Below, in pieces: positions 39,404 through 52,138 of a stretch of DNA of 64,000 bases. Position numbers and translations under genes: made by a program. Each line of letters starts with the position of its first letter. Position 1 is the first letter of the stretch. Where the stretch lies: NCBI GenBank assembly GCA_033763315.1, contig JANRKS010000028.1, positions 154,240-218,239 on the forward strand. The letters are read 5' to 3'. A model generated the notes under the pieces. That model had not been told where the DNA came from and did not search any database. It saw nothing but the letters and a program-made list of their open reading frames with translations. The stretch is from Deltaproteobacteria bacterium (lineage in GTDB: Bacteria; Myxococcota_A; Polyangia; Fen-1088).

Positions 39404-40792
39404 ATGGATAAAAGACGAAGAGGCATTTGTTGGTTGGGCATCTGGCTGTTCACCACTCTTGCAGCTTGCGAACCTGGCAGTCCGAGCGGTAGCTCAGCCT
39501 CCCCAGATGCTGCAGAGGAGACGAACGGGAAGGACGCCTCGGGTGCGGTTCCGAACGGTTCTTTCTTGGCCCATGTGACCATTCGAAGCCAGACGCCAAG
39601 ATACGGAGGCACGATCAACCCCAATGAGAAATTATCTTCGTTCCCTGCGTTCTCCCTTTCGATACATGAGTCCAACGGTCAACGTCGAATCGTGATTTCC
39701 GACGCGACGTCGGCCTCCAGTGCTCTACTCGACGATGGTAAACCGAGCTTGGTAAAGGCCAGCAGCAAGCTGTATTTAGGCTCCGCAGCGGTGTGCAGAG
39801 GCTTGGCGCAGACTCTTTACACTCGGTTCGAGCTGTGGCCGAGCAAGGCTGGCCTCGTGGTTGGCGAAGTTGAGGGCGAATTCACAATTGCCGAGGGAGA
39901 CACGGGGCGAGCCTATGTCTTTAAGGGTATTGTTGAAACAGCGCCGGATGACGAACCACCTGAGATCCATCTGAACCTGCCATCGAGCTCTTTTCAACTC
40001 GACAGGCCGAATGTGGCGAACAACGCGTTAACGCGTCATCCCTTTGACGGCATAGCGATCACGGCATCAGAAGCGCTCCGTCCGCCAGAACGCGTGTTTC
40101 TAAGGTCGAGCGATGGCACCGAGTTAGATTTGATGGTTCAGCCCGGCTCCGAGGCAACAAACCATAGCTTTGCGTTGCCTTGGCGCCCGCTGCAGTCTAA
40201 CACCACCTATACGGTGAACTTTGTGCCGCCCGCCACTGACATCGCCGGCCACCCTGTGCGCAATACCATCTCGTTTCACACGAGCCCTGTGCCGCTTTAC
40301 GCTGGTGATGATTTCGAGAGCGATAGACCTCGCTCAACCGACGGATTCGTTTTGACGCCGTCAACAAAGGACCCGTCCGTAAACCTACCTGCGATTTCGG
40401 GCACCACTTCCTTAGTCATGCTTCCAGCGTCACTAAATGTGTCACGTCGATTCGCCATGCGGTTACCGCTCACAAGCGATAGCAAGCGGATCACAATGAA
40501 GGTGCAGTCCGTGGACGGAACCTGGAAGCAAGCGTTCCCACAACTAAACATCATGGTCTTTACAGAGCAGCCGAAGTTCTCCTGGTACGCATGGCCGGAT
40601 GATACTGCTCCCGCATCCCCGCGTCCTTACGGATCACCGCCCGTGCTCGGGCCACTGATTAATGTGGTTCTACCGCTGCCAGAAGGTGCCACCAAAGAAG
40701 TGATGTTATCCATTGAGGCAAAGGGGCCGCTTGGCTGCGGTTTGATACCAACCCTGCCAGGTCTCATCATTGACGACGTCGCGGTACAGTGA
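39404..40792 (+). CDS. Hypothetical lipoprotein with Ig-like domain
   Basis: LAAC lipobox; PLQSNTTYTV...ATDIAGHP...ISFHT Ig-like (Big_5-type) pattern. Confidence 0.65.
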   Translation: MDKRRRGICWLGIWLFTTLAACEPGSPSGSSASPDAAEETNGKDASGAVPNGSFLAHVTIRSQTPRYGGTINPNEKLSSFPAFSLSIHESNGQRRIVISDATSASSALLDDGKPSLVKASSKLYLGSAAVCRGLAQTLYTRFELWPSKAGLVVGEVEGEFTIAEGDTGRAYVFKGIVETAPDDEPPEIHLNLPSSSFQLDRPNVANNALTRHPFDGIAITASEALRPPERVFLRSSDGTELDLMVQPGSEATNHSFALPWRPLQSNTTYTVNFVPPATDIAGHPVRNTISFHTSPVPLYAGDDFESDRPRSTDGFVLTPSTKDPSVNLPAISGTTSLVMLPASLNVSRRFAMRLPLTSDSKRITMKVQSVDGTWKQAFPQLNIMVFTEQPKFSWYAWPDDTAPASPRPYGSPPVLGPLINVVLPLPEGATKEVMLSIEAKGPLGCGLIPTLPGLIIDDVAVQ

Positions 40793-40879
40793 CACGGTCG
40801 GTGATAGGTGTGTGTGATCGCGAAGCGGTCATGCTCCGCCTAACTGGCCGTCGTTCGCGCTGTCCTCGATGTTACCCAG

Positions 40880-42169
40880 TCACTCACTCCACTTTACACG
40901 CGCGAAGCTGGGGGCCAGCAAGTGGTTCAGCACGAACGCCACCAGGTAGGCGCTGCCGCAGATCGCAAACAACACCGTGTAGCCGCCCGAGATGTTGCCT
41001 TGGGCGGCGAAACGATCCAGCAGTTTCCCAGCAAAGATCGGGAACAACATGCCCCCCACGGAGCCGGCCATTCCGCCCACGCCGATCACAGAAGCCACCG
41101 CTTTCTTAGGGAACATGTCCGACACGGTGGTGTATATGGTGGCGGAAAACGCCTGGTGTGAAGCGCCAGCGATGCCAATCAAGATCACCGCCACCCAATC
41201 CGAAGCGCGTGTGGCAAAGAAGATCGGTAACACCGTAAACGCAAACAACAGCATGCCGGTTTTGCGCGCCGCCGTGACGGATTGTCCACGTTGGTTCAAA
41301 TACCCCGTTAACCAACCACCACCGATGCTCAACACAGTGACGATTGAATAGATGGTCACCAGATGTACGGCGCTTGCTTTGATGTCGAGGCCTCGCGTCT
41401 TTTTGAAATAATCGGGCAGCCAAATCAAAAAGAACCACCACACCGGATCGGTGAGAAACTTTGCCACGAAGAAGGCCCACGCTTGCCGGTAACGGAACAA
41501 CGTGCGCCACTTAACCTTGGCGCCCTCGGGGCCCGCTTCGTCCACATCGCTGCGGATATAGGCGAACTCTTCCGGGCTCAACCGCTTGGAGCCTTCGGGC
41601 ACGCTGTAAAGCGGCCACCACAACAGCAACCACAGCAAGCCCGCGATGCCCGCCACCACGAAAGCAGAGCGCCACCCCCACGTGACCGCCATCCAGGGCA
41701 CCACGGCCGGAGCCAAGATCGCGCCCATGTTCGTGCCGGCGTTCATCACGCTGGTGGCAAACGCGCGATCCTTCTTCGGGAACCATAAGGCAATGGCTTT
41801 GATGGCAGATGGGAAATTGCCTCCCTCGCCCAGACCAAGCGCCACGCGGGCCACGTAAAAGCCCCTGATCGACCCCACAAACGCGTGGCCCAGCGCCGCG
41901 AAACTCCACGCCGCGATGGATACGGCGTAACCGATTTTGGTGCCAACGCGATCGATGAAGGCGCCGAACCCCAGCAGCCCAATGGCATAAGCCGCCTGGA
42001 AGGCCGAGTTTACACGCCCGAACTCCTCGTTCGTCCAACCCAGCTCCTGATCCAGCACGGGCTTGAGCAGCGACAGGATTTGCCGGTCAACGTAGTTGAT
42101 GGTGGTGGCCGCAAACAGCAGCGCACAGATCATCCACCGGACGCGACCGGACGAGTGTGGGGGCGACAT
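40880..42169 (-). CDS. exuT: MFS transporter, ExuT/hexuronate type
   Basis: LLFAATTINYVDRQ, LGLGEGGNFP, WFPKKDR, KFLTDPVWWFFLIWLPDY. Confidence 0.8.
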   Translation of the reverse strand: MSPPHSSGRVRWMICALLFAATTINYVDRQILSLLKPVLDQELGWTNEEFGRVNSAFQAAYAIGLLGFGAFIDRVGTKIGYAVSIAAWSFAALGHAFVGSIRGFYVARVALGLGEGGNFPSAIKAIALWFPKKDRAFATSVMNAGTNMGAILAPAVVPWMAVTWGWRSAFVVAGIAGLLWLLLWWPLYSVPEGSKRLSPEEFAYIRSDVDEAGPEGAKVKWRTLFRYRQAWAFFVAKFLTDPVWWFFLIWLPDYFKKTRGLDIKASAVHLVTIYSIVTVLSIGGGWLTGYLNQRGQSVTAARKTGMLLFAFTVLPIFFATRASDWVAVILIGIAGASHQAFSATIYTTVSDMFPKKAVASVIGVGGMAGSVGGMLFPIFAGKLLDRFAAQGNISGGYTVLFAICGSAYLVAFVLNHLLAPSFARVKWSE

Positions 42170-42255
42170 GCCCCCGGTTCTGGCTGAGAATCGCTTTTAG
42201 GGCAAGACTTTCGAAGCTATTCGGTTAGCTAGCGGAGCTTTCCGCGAGGATGCGC

Positions 42256-43335
42256 TCACGATTTGGCGGGCACTTTGACCTTTGCCAAAACCTCCGGCGG
42301 ATAATAGGGCGGGTATTCATCCTTGGCCGGCAGGGCCGTCAACGCGCGCAGAAGGGCCTCGATGTCCGCGGGTGGTGCCGCTGTGATTTTGGGCGGGGCC
42401 TCATCGGGGGCGAGATCTTTCGGAATCACCACACCGAAGGGGCACTGCCCGCGCACTTGGGCGTTGCTGGCGATCACTTGCGAAATGTTCTGACGGTGAA
42501 CGCGCAAGAAGCTGTCGATTTGCTCATTGCTGGCCCCGCCGAGAGCCGCTTTCGCCACGTCAGCCGAGGGCTGCCCCTCGGCCAGTCCGTTCACCAAAGG
42601 CCCCATGGCACCGCGGTGGGCGTTGCCATCGGCATGCATGACGTAATCCACCAATGTCATCGCTGTGGCCTGGAACCAGCCTCGGTATTCCGCCTTCGCG
42701 TACTGCTCAAATGTTCCATCCCACATGTTCGCGACAGGAATCATCACTTCGCCGGTCAGAGGAAAGCCGAAACACGCAAACGTCTGCCCATTGCCACCAC
42801 GGACGTCCGAAGTGCTGACGTAGGCCGAGAAGCCCTCGTGAAACCACAGCGGCACCTTGGGCATGGCGCGCTCGATGAAGAGGTGGGTGAGCATCTCTTT
42901 GGCAGCCATGCCTGCGGCGTTCCCCATGGCCCCTGTGCCCGCCGCGAACGTGCTAGCCACGTTACCATCGGCCGTCACGCTGGGGTTTATGGACTGAACG
43001 TGCGGACGCAGAACCAGCAAACCCTGTTTGCCGATCTTGCCGTCTCCTGGGACAGAGGCCAGCGCGGCGCCTTTTCGGAAGTTTCCAAAATAGGTAATGA
43101 AATCGGCATCTTCCAGGAAGAGGACTTCGACATTGCCGATCTGCTTGCCTTTGAAAAACGACGCTGAAAGGCTCGCGTGGGCATTTTCGAGCTGCCGCAA
43201 GGTCTCTTGGTAGTGCTCGTCGGTGCTCGTGTAGACGGTGAAGTTTTTCGTCTGCACCTGGTTCCAGCTATTAATGCTGGCACACCCACCGGCACTGACA
43301 ACCAACCAAGCTGCAACTGCGAAAGCTCTGTTCAT
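42256..43335 (-). CDS. Hypothetical lipoprotein, DUF1570/peptidase MA-like
   Basis: GAGGAG SD, AGGC lipobox, W..VQTKNFTVYT, KEMLTH...PLWFHEGFSAY. Confidence 0.65.
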   Translation of the reverse strand: MNRAFAVAAWLVVSAGGCASINSWNQVQTKNFTVYTSTDEHYQETLRQLENAHASLSASFFKGKQIGNVEVLFLEDADFITYFGNFRKGAALASVPGDGKIGKQGLLVLRPHVQSINPSVTADGNVASTFAAGTGAMGNAAGMAAKEMLTHLFIERAMPKVPLWFHEGFSAYVSTSDVRGGNGQTFACFGFPLTGEVMIPVANMWDGTFEQYAKAEYRGWFQATAMTLVDYVMHADGNAHRGAMGPLVNGLAEGQPSADVAKAALGGASNEQIDSFLRVHRQNISQVIASNAQVRGQCPFGVVIPKDLAPDEAPPKITAAPPADIEALLRALTALPAKDEYPPYYPPEVLAKVKVPAKS

Positions 43336-43597
43336 GCGAATCTCCTCACTAACGCGTATCCCCCGGCCGCCTGCCACAGTCAAGTCTGGTTTACAGCGAC
43401 GTTTCCCCGAGGGAACAACCCGTACATCTGTGTCCAAACCGGGGACGCAGGGGCGGTTTAAGAACGTTGACCCAATCTATCCTAAAAAGTAGAGTTTCGT
43501 CCCGGTTGGTCAGAACGCGCAATTTTGGCGTCTGCCCAAATGCCTCGGTGGTCGTGAGTGGGTGTGTGTGCAGGCTTGATTAAGGAAGTGGGTACCC

Positions 43598-47290
<3,693 letters not shown>

Positions 47291-47325
47291 GCGCGAACCT
47301 CAAGCGCGGTAGTGGAGATCACCAA

Positions 47326-49251
47326 ATGAACAATACGCAAAACGCTGACAACAAATTCAAACTTCCCGTCTTGGGCGCAAACGTTCCTGAGATGCCCGAA
47401 GCCGATGTGGACATCGAAGCCGAATTGGCGCGCTTCGAGGCCGAAGAATCCCAGAAGCTGGGCCTCAAGGTGGATACGGAGCACTGGTTTGACGCCATGG
47501 TGGATCCGCAGTTCACAAAGAGCGAACGCGCCGAGACCACGCTGTTGATCTCCGGCCTCACGGCCGCCCACGACTTCTTGGTCAAGGGCGCGCTTTCGGG
47601 CGTGGGCTACAAGGTAGAAGTGGTTGACGTGCCTGACAACGATGCCCTTCGTTACGGCAAAGAGTTCGGCAACCGTGGCCAGTGCAACCCCACCTACTTC
47701 ACCGTCGGCAACCTGGTGAAGCACCTCACCGAGACGTCAGTGAAGTTGGGCCTCACCAAAGAAGAGATGGTGAAGAAGTACGTGTTCCTCACGGCGGGCG
47801 CCTGTGGCCCCTGCCGCTTTGGCATGTACGCCACCGAATACCGCAAAGCCCTGCGAGATGCGGGTTTTGATGGCTTCCGCGTGTTGTTGTTCCAACAAAA
47901 AGGCGGACTCAAGCAAGCGACAGGCGAAGAGAAGGGCTTGGAGCTGAACCCCAAGTTCTTTATAGGTTTGTTGAAGGCGCTGCTGGCCGGCGACGTGATC
48001 AACGGCATGGGCTACCGCCTGCGGCCCTACGAGGTGGTGCCCGGCTCTACGGACGCGGCGATCGCCAAAGCCAAGCAGTACTGCTACGAGGCGCTTGAGA
48101 ACCGCAAGTCGATCCTCATGGCGCTGCGCCGAGGCCGCAAAGAGTTCGCACAGGTCAAGTGCGACTTCACGCGGGTCAAGCCGCGCGTGTCGATCATCGG
48201 CGAGTTCTGGGCGATGACCACCGAGGGCGACGGCAACTATCAGTTGCAACGCTTCTTGGAAGGTGAAGGCGCCGAGAACGACATTCAGTTCGTGACAAAC
48301 TGGTTGTTGTACATGTTGTGGGAAGGCCGCTACGACACCAAGTTGCGCGGTGAATTGCGTGGTTTGGATGAAGCGCGCAAGAGCCTGAAAGACAGCAAGA
48401 TTGGCAAGAAGCTATTCATGTTGTTCGTGGCCGACGGTGCGATTCGCGCTGTGTTCCACATCTTCGGAGCGGCCGTGGGCTTCCGCGGTTACCACCTGCC
48501 CGATATGGACGTGGTGGCCGAGACGGCGCACGAGTACTACAACAACCAATTGCGCGGCGGCGAAGGCCACATGGAAGTGGGCAAGTTCATTTTGAACGTG
48601 CTGCACAACAAGAACCACATGACCTTGTCGGTGAAGCCGTTCGGCTGCATGCCTTCTTCGGGCGTGTCGGATGGCGTGCAAAGCACGATCACCAGCAAGT
48701 TCCCGCAAAGCATCTTCTGCGCGATCGAGACGTCGGGCGACGGCAAGGTGAACGTGTACAGCCGCGTGCAAATGTTCTTGTTCAAGGCGCGCTTGGCGGC
48801 GCAAAAAGAATACGAAGAGATGCTCGAAAAGTTGGGCACCACAAAAGAAGAAGTGCAGGCGTTCTTCGAGAAGCACCCGCAGTACGCTTCGGGCTTGCAC
48901 CGCTCGCCCCACGCGGCCGCCGGCACCGCCGCCGATCGTTTGGCCGAGTTCGCGCCTTACTTCAGGAAGCCCAGCTGGCAGATTCCTTTGTTGCGCGTCA
49001 AAGACAAGGCCGCGCAAGCTTTGGATGCCGCCAAGATGGCGCCCACATGGATTGCGAAGGCCCGCAAAAAGTTTGCTGAGAAGTCGCCGGTGCTGTTTGC
49101 GCAGGCGAAAGAAGAATGGATCGATGTGAAGCCTCTGTTGGCTAAGAAGGTAAAAGACACCACGAAGGCCAGCGTGGATGCCACACTCGCGAAGTTCGGC
49201 TTCGGACCGACGGTGGCGCCTGAAAGGGAAGCCCCCCGCGCGGCGGCGTAG
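47326..49251 (+). CDS. 2-hydroxyacyl-CoA dehydratase-like Fe-S partner protein
   Basis: GQCNPTYFTVG, GACGPCRFGMY, IIGEF, GGEGHMEVGK, KPFGCMP; GGAG SD. Confidence 0.82.
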   Translation: MNNTQNADNKFKLPVLGANVPEMPEADVDIEAELARFEAEESQKLGLKVDTEHWFDAMVDPQFTKSERAETTLLISGLTAAHDFLVKGALSGVGYKVEVVDVPDNDALRYGKEFGNRGQCNPTYFTVGNLVKHLTETSVKLGLTKEEMVKKYVFLTAGACGPCRFGMYATEYRKALRDAGFDGFRVLLFQQKGGLKQATGEEKGLELNPKFFIGLLKALLAGDVINGMGYRLRPYEVVPGSTDAAIAKAKQYCYEALENRKSILMALRRGRKEFAQVKCDFTRVKPRVSIIGEFWAMTTEGDGNYQLQRFLEGEGAENDIQFVTNWLLYMLWEGRYDTKLRGELRGLDEARKSLKDSKIGKKLFMLFVADGAIRAVFHIFGAAVGFRGYHLPDMDVVAETAHEYYNNQLRGGEGHMEVGKFILNVLHNKNHMTLSVKPFGCMPSSGVSDGVQSTITSKFPQSIFCAIETSGDGKVNVYSRVQMFLFKARLAAQKEYEEMLEKLGTTKEEVQAFFEKHPQYASGLHRSPHAAAGTAADRLAEFAPYFRKPSWQIPLLRVKDKAAQALDAAKMAPTWIAKARKKFAEKSPVLFAQAKEEWIDVKPLLAKKVKDTTKASVDATLAKFGFGPTVAPEREAPRAAA

Positions 49252-49269
49252 TTCTCGATTGCGCTACAC

Positions 49270-49303
49270 GAAGACGCCCGGCTCACCCGGGCGTTTTTCG
49301 TTT
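49270..49303 (+). terminator. Rho-independent terminator
   Basis: acgcccgg-ctcac-ccgggcgt followed by ttttcgttt, just after the stop at 49251 and between convergent genes. Confidence 0.8.
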
Positions 49304-49317
49304 CGAAAGGCCCCGCG

Positions 49318-50232
49318 CTAAAGGCAGCCGATGCGAGACGTCGCAATCGCCCAATCGTCGAACCAGATCTCCGCAGACTTTTGGGAGGGTGCGGGTATGA
49401 GCCCGACGCGAAAACGCTGGATGCCGGGGTCGGTGGTGCTGAGCAGAGTGTTGACGTCGATGTTCTCGTCCACGAGATTGCCGTCAACGTAAAGCCGCGA
49501 CCACCCTTTGTTGGGCGACAGCTTTAGCGCCAATTCAACGCAAACCCAACGATCGTGAGGGAAGGTTAGAGCTTCGTCGATCCGTTGCGAGACATCCGAA
49601 AGGTTGCTGCCGTAACCCTTGCTGCCGAGATCGAACGAGAACTTGTTGTCGTGGCTAACCGTGCCCTTCATTTCCATGGGCACGAGCCACTGTTGCACGG
49701 CCCATGAACTGGGCACATACATGAACACGCGAGAATAGATTTCTCCGGTCGTGAGCGCCTTCGGCAACGAAATCTCAAGATAGCGCAGCCCGCTTTGGTT
49801 TCCCTTGCTGCACTTGAGGCTTGCCACGCCCCCATATTGCCGCGCCACATCGCGCACGGCTATGCCCTCCGATCCAATGAACTTACCGCTCCAGCTGTCC
49901 GTGGGTGCTTCGAAGTCTTGCAAGTAAGGCAAGGTGATGGTCGAGGGTGGCGACACGTCCGGCGATGTGTCTGACGCCGTCGCGATCGCGTCGGATGTGG
50001 GGCCGTCATGAGGGCGCGCCCCATCGTCGCCGTTTGGGTTGGCGTCCGCCGCGCCATCGACTGGATCGACGCTGCCATCTTGGGTGGCGAGCCTCGTGTC
50101 CGGAGGCGTTCCCACGGCCGGATCATAACCCACACGGCCACAGCCGGGGCCGATGACCGCGCACAGGGAAACCACCACGCCAACGATGGCGTGGCTGCGG
50201 GCGCCAGGGGTCAAACCGCGGATTGTCGCCAT
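49318..50232 (-). CDS. Lipoprotein with a beta-sandwich (polysaccharide-lyase/LamG-like) domain
   Basis: GC-GRVGYD lipobox; QDFE, YSRVFMYVP, DRWVCVE, LYVDG, IWFDDWAIA...IGC. Confidence 0.68.
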   Translation of the reverse strand: MATIRGLTPGARSHAIVGVVVSLCAVIGPGCGRVGYDPAVGTPPDTRLATQDGSVDPVDGAADANPNGDDGARPHDGPTSDAIATASDTSPDVSPPSTITLPYLQDFEAPTDSWSGKFIGSEGIAVRDVARQYGGVASLKCSKGNQSGLRYLEISLPKALTTGEIYSRVFMYVPSSWAVQQWLVPMEMKGTVSHDNKFSFDLGSKGYGSNLSDVSQRIDEALTFPHDRWVCVELALKLSPNKGWSRLYVDGNLVDENIDVNTLLSTTDPGIQRFRVGLIPAPSQKSAEIWFDDWAIATSRIGCL

Positions 50233-50300
50233 GCCGTCTTCACACAATCGGCAGCCGGCGTACCGCAATTAAGAGCGGGAGGCCCATACAGAGGCACCGC

Positions 50301-51275
50301 CTAGGGCGCCGTTAAAGTCGGCACACAGAACGTAGCCACGTTGTTAAATGGGCCGGTGCGCGCGGCGGTGGCGCCCTCGTTCCGCAGGAAATATTGGCCA
50401 AGTCTATCGTCCAATGTGTTCTTAAGCGGGGTGCTGACGGAAACGTTGTGTCCAAGGTTGATGCCGACGCGCTGGCCAGCCGCCAAGCTCCACGTGTTTA
50501 GCGACAGGTCCTCCTTTCGAACAAACGCCTCCACCACATAGCCTGCCGGCGTGGCAAACGCCTCGTACTGTCCCGTGGACCAGACGCCCTTCACACTCGT
50601 TTGCTCGTACATCGTGGCCTGCTTGCGCACCATTGTGTCGGCCGCAGGCGCCATAACGATGAATTGTCTTGTGCCGGGCTTGTCGTAATCAGGTGACTTC
50701 GCAAAAACGCCGTCAGAATCGACATAAAGCTCAAGCGAATCGCCCCAGTACGGCGACGTCGATGCGATTGCGGGCAAAAGATCGGGGTCAACAACATCAA
50801 TGAAGAAGTAGAGGCCCTCATTGCGCCACGCCACCGCGTAGCGTGCGTGCACACCCACGGGAGGCGCGGGGTCGGGGCCACTGGTCAGCCAATCTTCCGG
50901 AACCCAAGGACGCAGCACAACGTCGGCATCAAGTACGCCATCAATCACGGGCGCGTTCGGAAGCGCAGGTATCGCTAGACAGTAATCGGGGGCCACGGCA
51001 CCGTCGGCGCCCGCGGCACCGACATCGAGCGCAGCCGCAGCGTCATTCGTCTCGCCCCCGTCGCTGCTGCGAACGTCAACATCGTGGGGACCGTCATCGA
51101 CAGCAACGCCGGCATCCTCGTTATTGGCAGCTGCCCCATCTCCAGGCAGGGCATAAACGTTGACGGCTTCGTAGCCGACGCGGCCACAGGCCACGCCCAC
51201 AACGGCGGCGGCAAATCCAAGCACGACGATGCGTTGGTTGAAGTGATGGGTGAAGTTTTTCACGCAGCTCCTCAT
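50301..51275 (-). CDS. Lipoprotein with a CBM9-like sugar-binding domain
   Basis: AC-GRVGYE lipobox; PVIDGVLD, AW..EGLYF...V.D, WGDSLELYVD, GYVVEA. Confidence 0.75.
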   Translation of the reverse strand: MRSCVKNFTHHFNQRIVVLGFAAAVVGVACGRVGYEAVNVYALPGDGAAANNEDAGVAVDDGPHDVDVRSSDGGETNDAAAALDVGAAGADGAVAPDYCLAIPALPNAPVIDGVLDADVVLRPWVPEDWLTSGPDPAPPVGVHARYAVAWRNEGLYFFIDVVDPDLLPAIASTSPYWGDSLELYVDSDGVFAKSPDYDKPGTRQFIVMAPAADTMVRKQATMYEQTSVKGVWSTGQYEAFATPAGYVVEAFVRKEDLSLNTWSLAAGQRVGINLGHNVSVSTPLKNTLDDRLGQYFLRNEGATAARTGPFNNVATFCVPTLTAP

Positions 51276-51397
51276 GCCTATCGTCAGAGCTGCCAGGAAT
51301 CTTCAGCCACGCCCCGGATTGGCGCGATAAGCCACGAGGCCTTACGACGCCGCGCCGGCACGGGGTGAAGTGGCCGGCAGGCGCGCACCAGCACACG

Positions 51398-51934
51398 TTA
51401 CGGCATCAAGGTGCCTTCGACCGAGTCGTCCATTGTCTTACCAACCGCCGCTCCAATCATCATCTTGATGCCAGCCACGGCGTTGCCGTGTTTGTTGTCC
51501 CAATAATATCCCTGCAATGGCTTGACCCGTATCACCGTGATGCGCGGATCATCCACACCGCCCGTGAACCAGGTTTTGATCACAGGCTCCCACAGCTCTT
51601 TGATCTTGGCTTTGTCGCGCGAGATTGTGGCTGTGCCTTTGAGTTGCAGAAAGTCGGAGTGCGGAGAACCTTGAAAAAATAGATTCACTTCGCGATCCTG
51701 TTCGACTTCTTCGTTCTTGTGGCTGTCGTTGGCGCTCAAAAACCACAGATTTCCTTCTTCGTCGACCTTGCGCACGTTCATGGGTCGGGTTCCCAGTGAC
51801 GGTCCCGTAGCCACCTGCGTGCAGAAGAAGCAAGTCTGCGCTTTGCCCACCACCTCCTTGATCTTTTTGACGGCCTCTTGTCCGGCCAAATCTTTGTAAT
51901 TGTCTTCGGCTTGGTTTTCGTTGATTGAGTCCAT
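51398..51934 (-). CDS. General stress protein, pyridoxamine 5'-phosphate oxidase family
   Basis: TRPM, GNLWF, SHKN, KIKELW...WF..GVDDPRI, YYWD. Confidence 0.88.
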   Translation of the reverse strand: MDSINENQAEDNYKDLAGQEAVKKIKEVVGKAQTCFFCTQVATGPSLGTRPMNVRKVDEEGNLWFLSANDSHKNEEVEQDREVNLFFQGSPHSDFLQLKGTATISRDKAKIKELWEPVIKTWFTGGVDDPRITVIRVKPLQGYYWDNKHGNAVAGIKMMIGAAVGKTMDDSVEGTLMP

Positions 51935-52138
51935 GCCTATTGAGATGCTCCCTCTTCGATAGGCGAGCACAAAAACACCGGAAAATGTCGTGGAAAAACG
52001 CATGGTCCTGCGAACGTGGGAGGTCCAAAATCATCGAATGTCGCCGCCGAGAAGATGGCGTAACGTAAGTAACGAAGCACAGCGCCGCTGGTTACCTATT
52101 CGGCACGATGGCGAGCCTCTCAATTGCAGGTGCGGGCC

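Noticed and set aside
43437-43560. Riboswitch or FNR box upstream of the CoA activase
   Set aside because: Only imperfect inverted repeats (aaccggggacg / cgtcccggtt); no aptamer consensus and no TTGAT-N4-ATCAA.
51398-51934. Horizontal origin of the general stress protein (N-terminus recalls Bacteroidota homologues)
   Set aside because: Based on recollection only; cannot be supported without a search.
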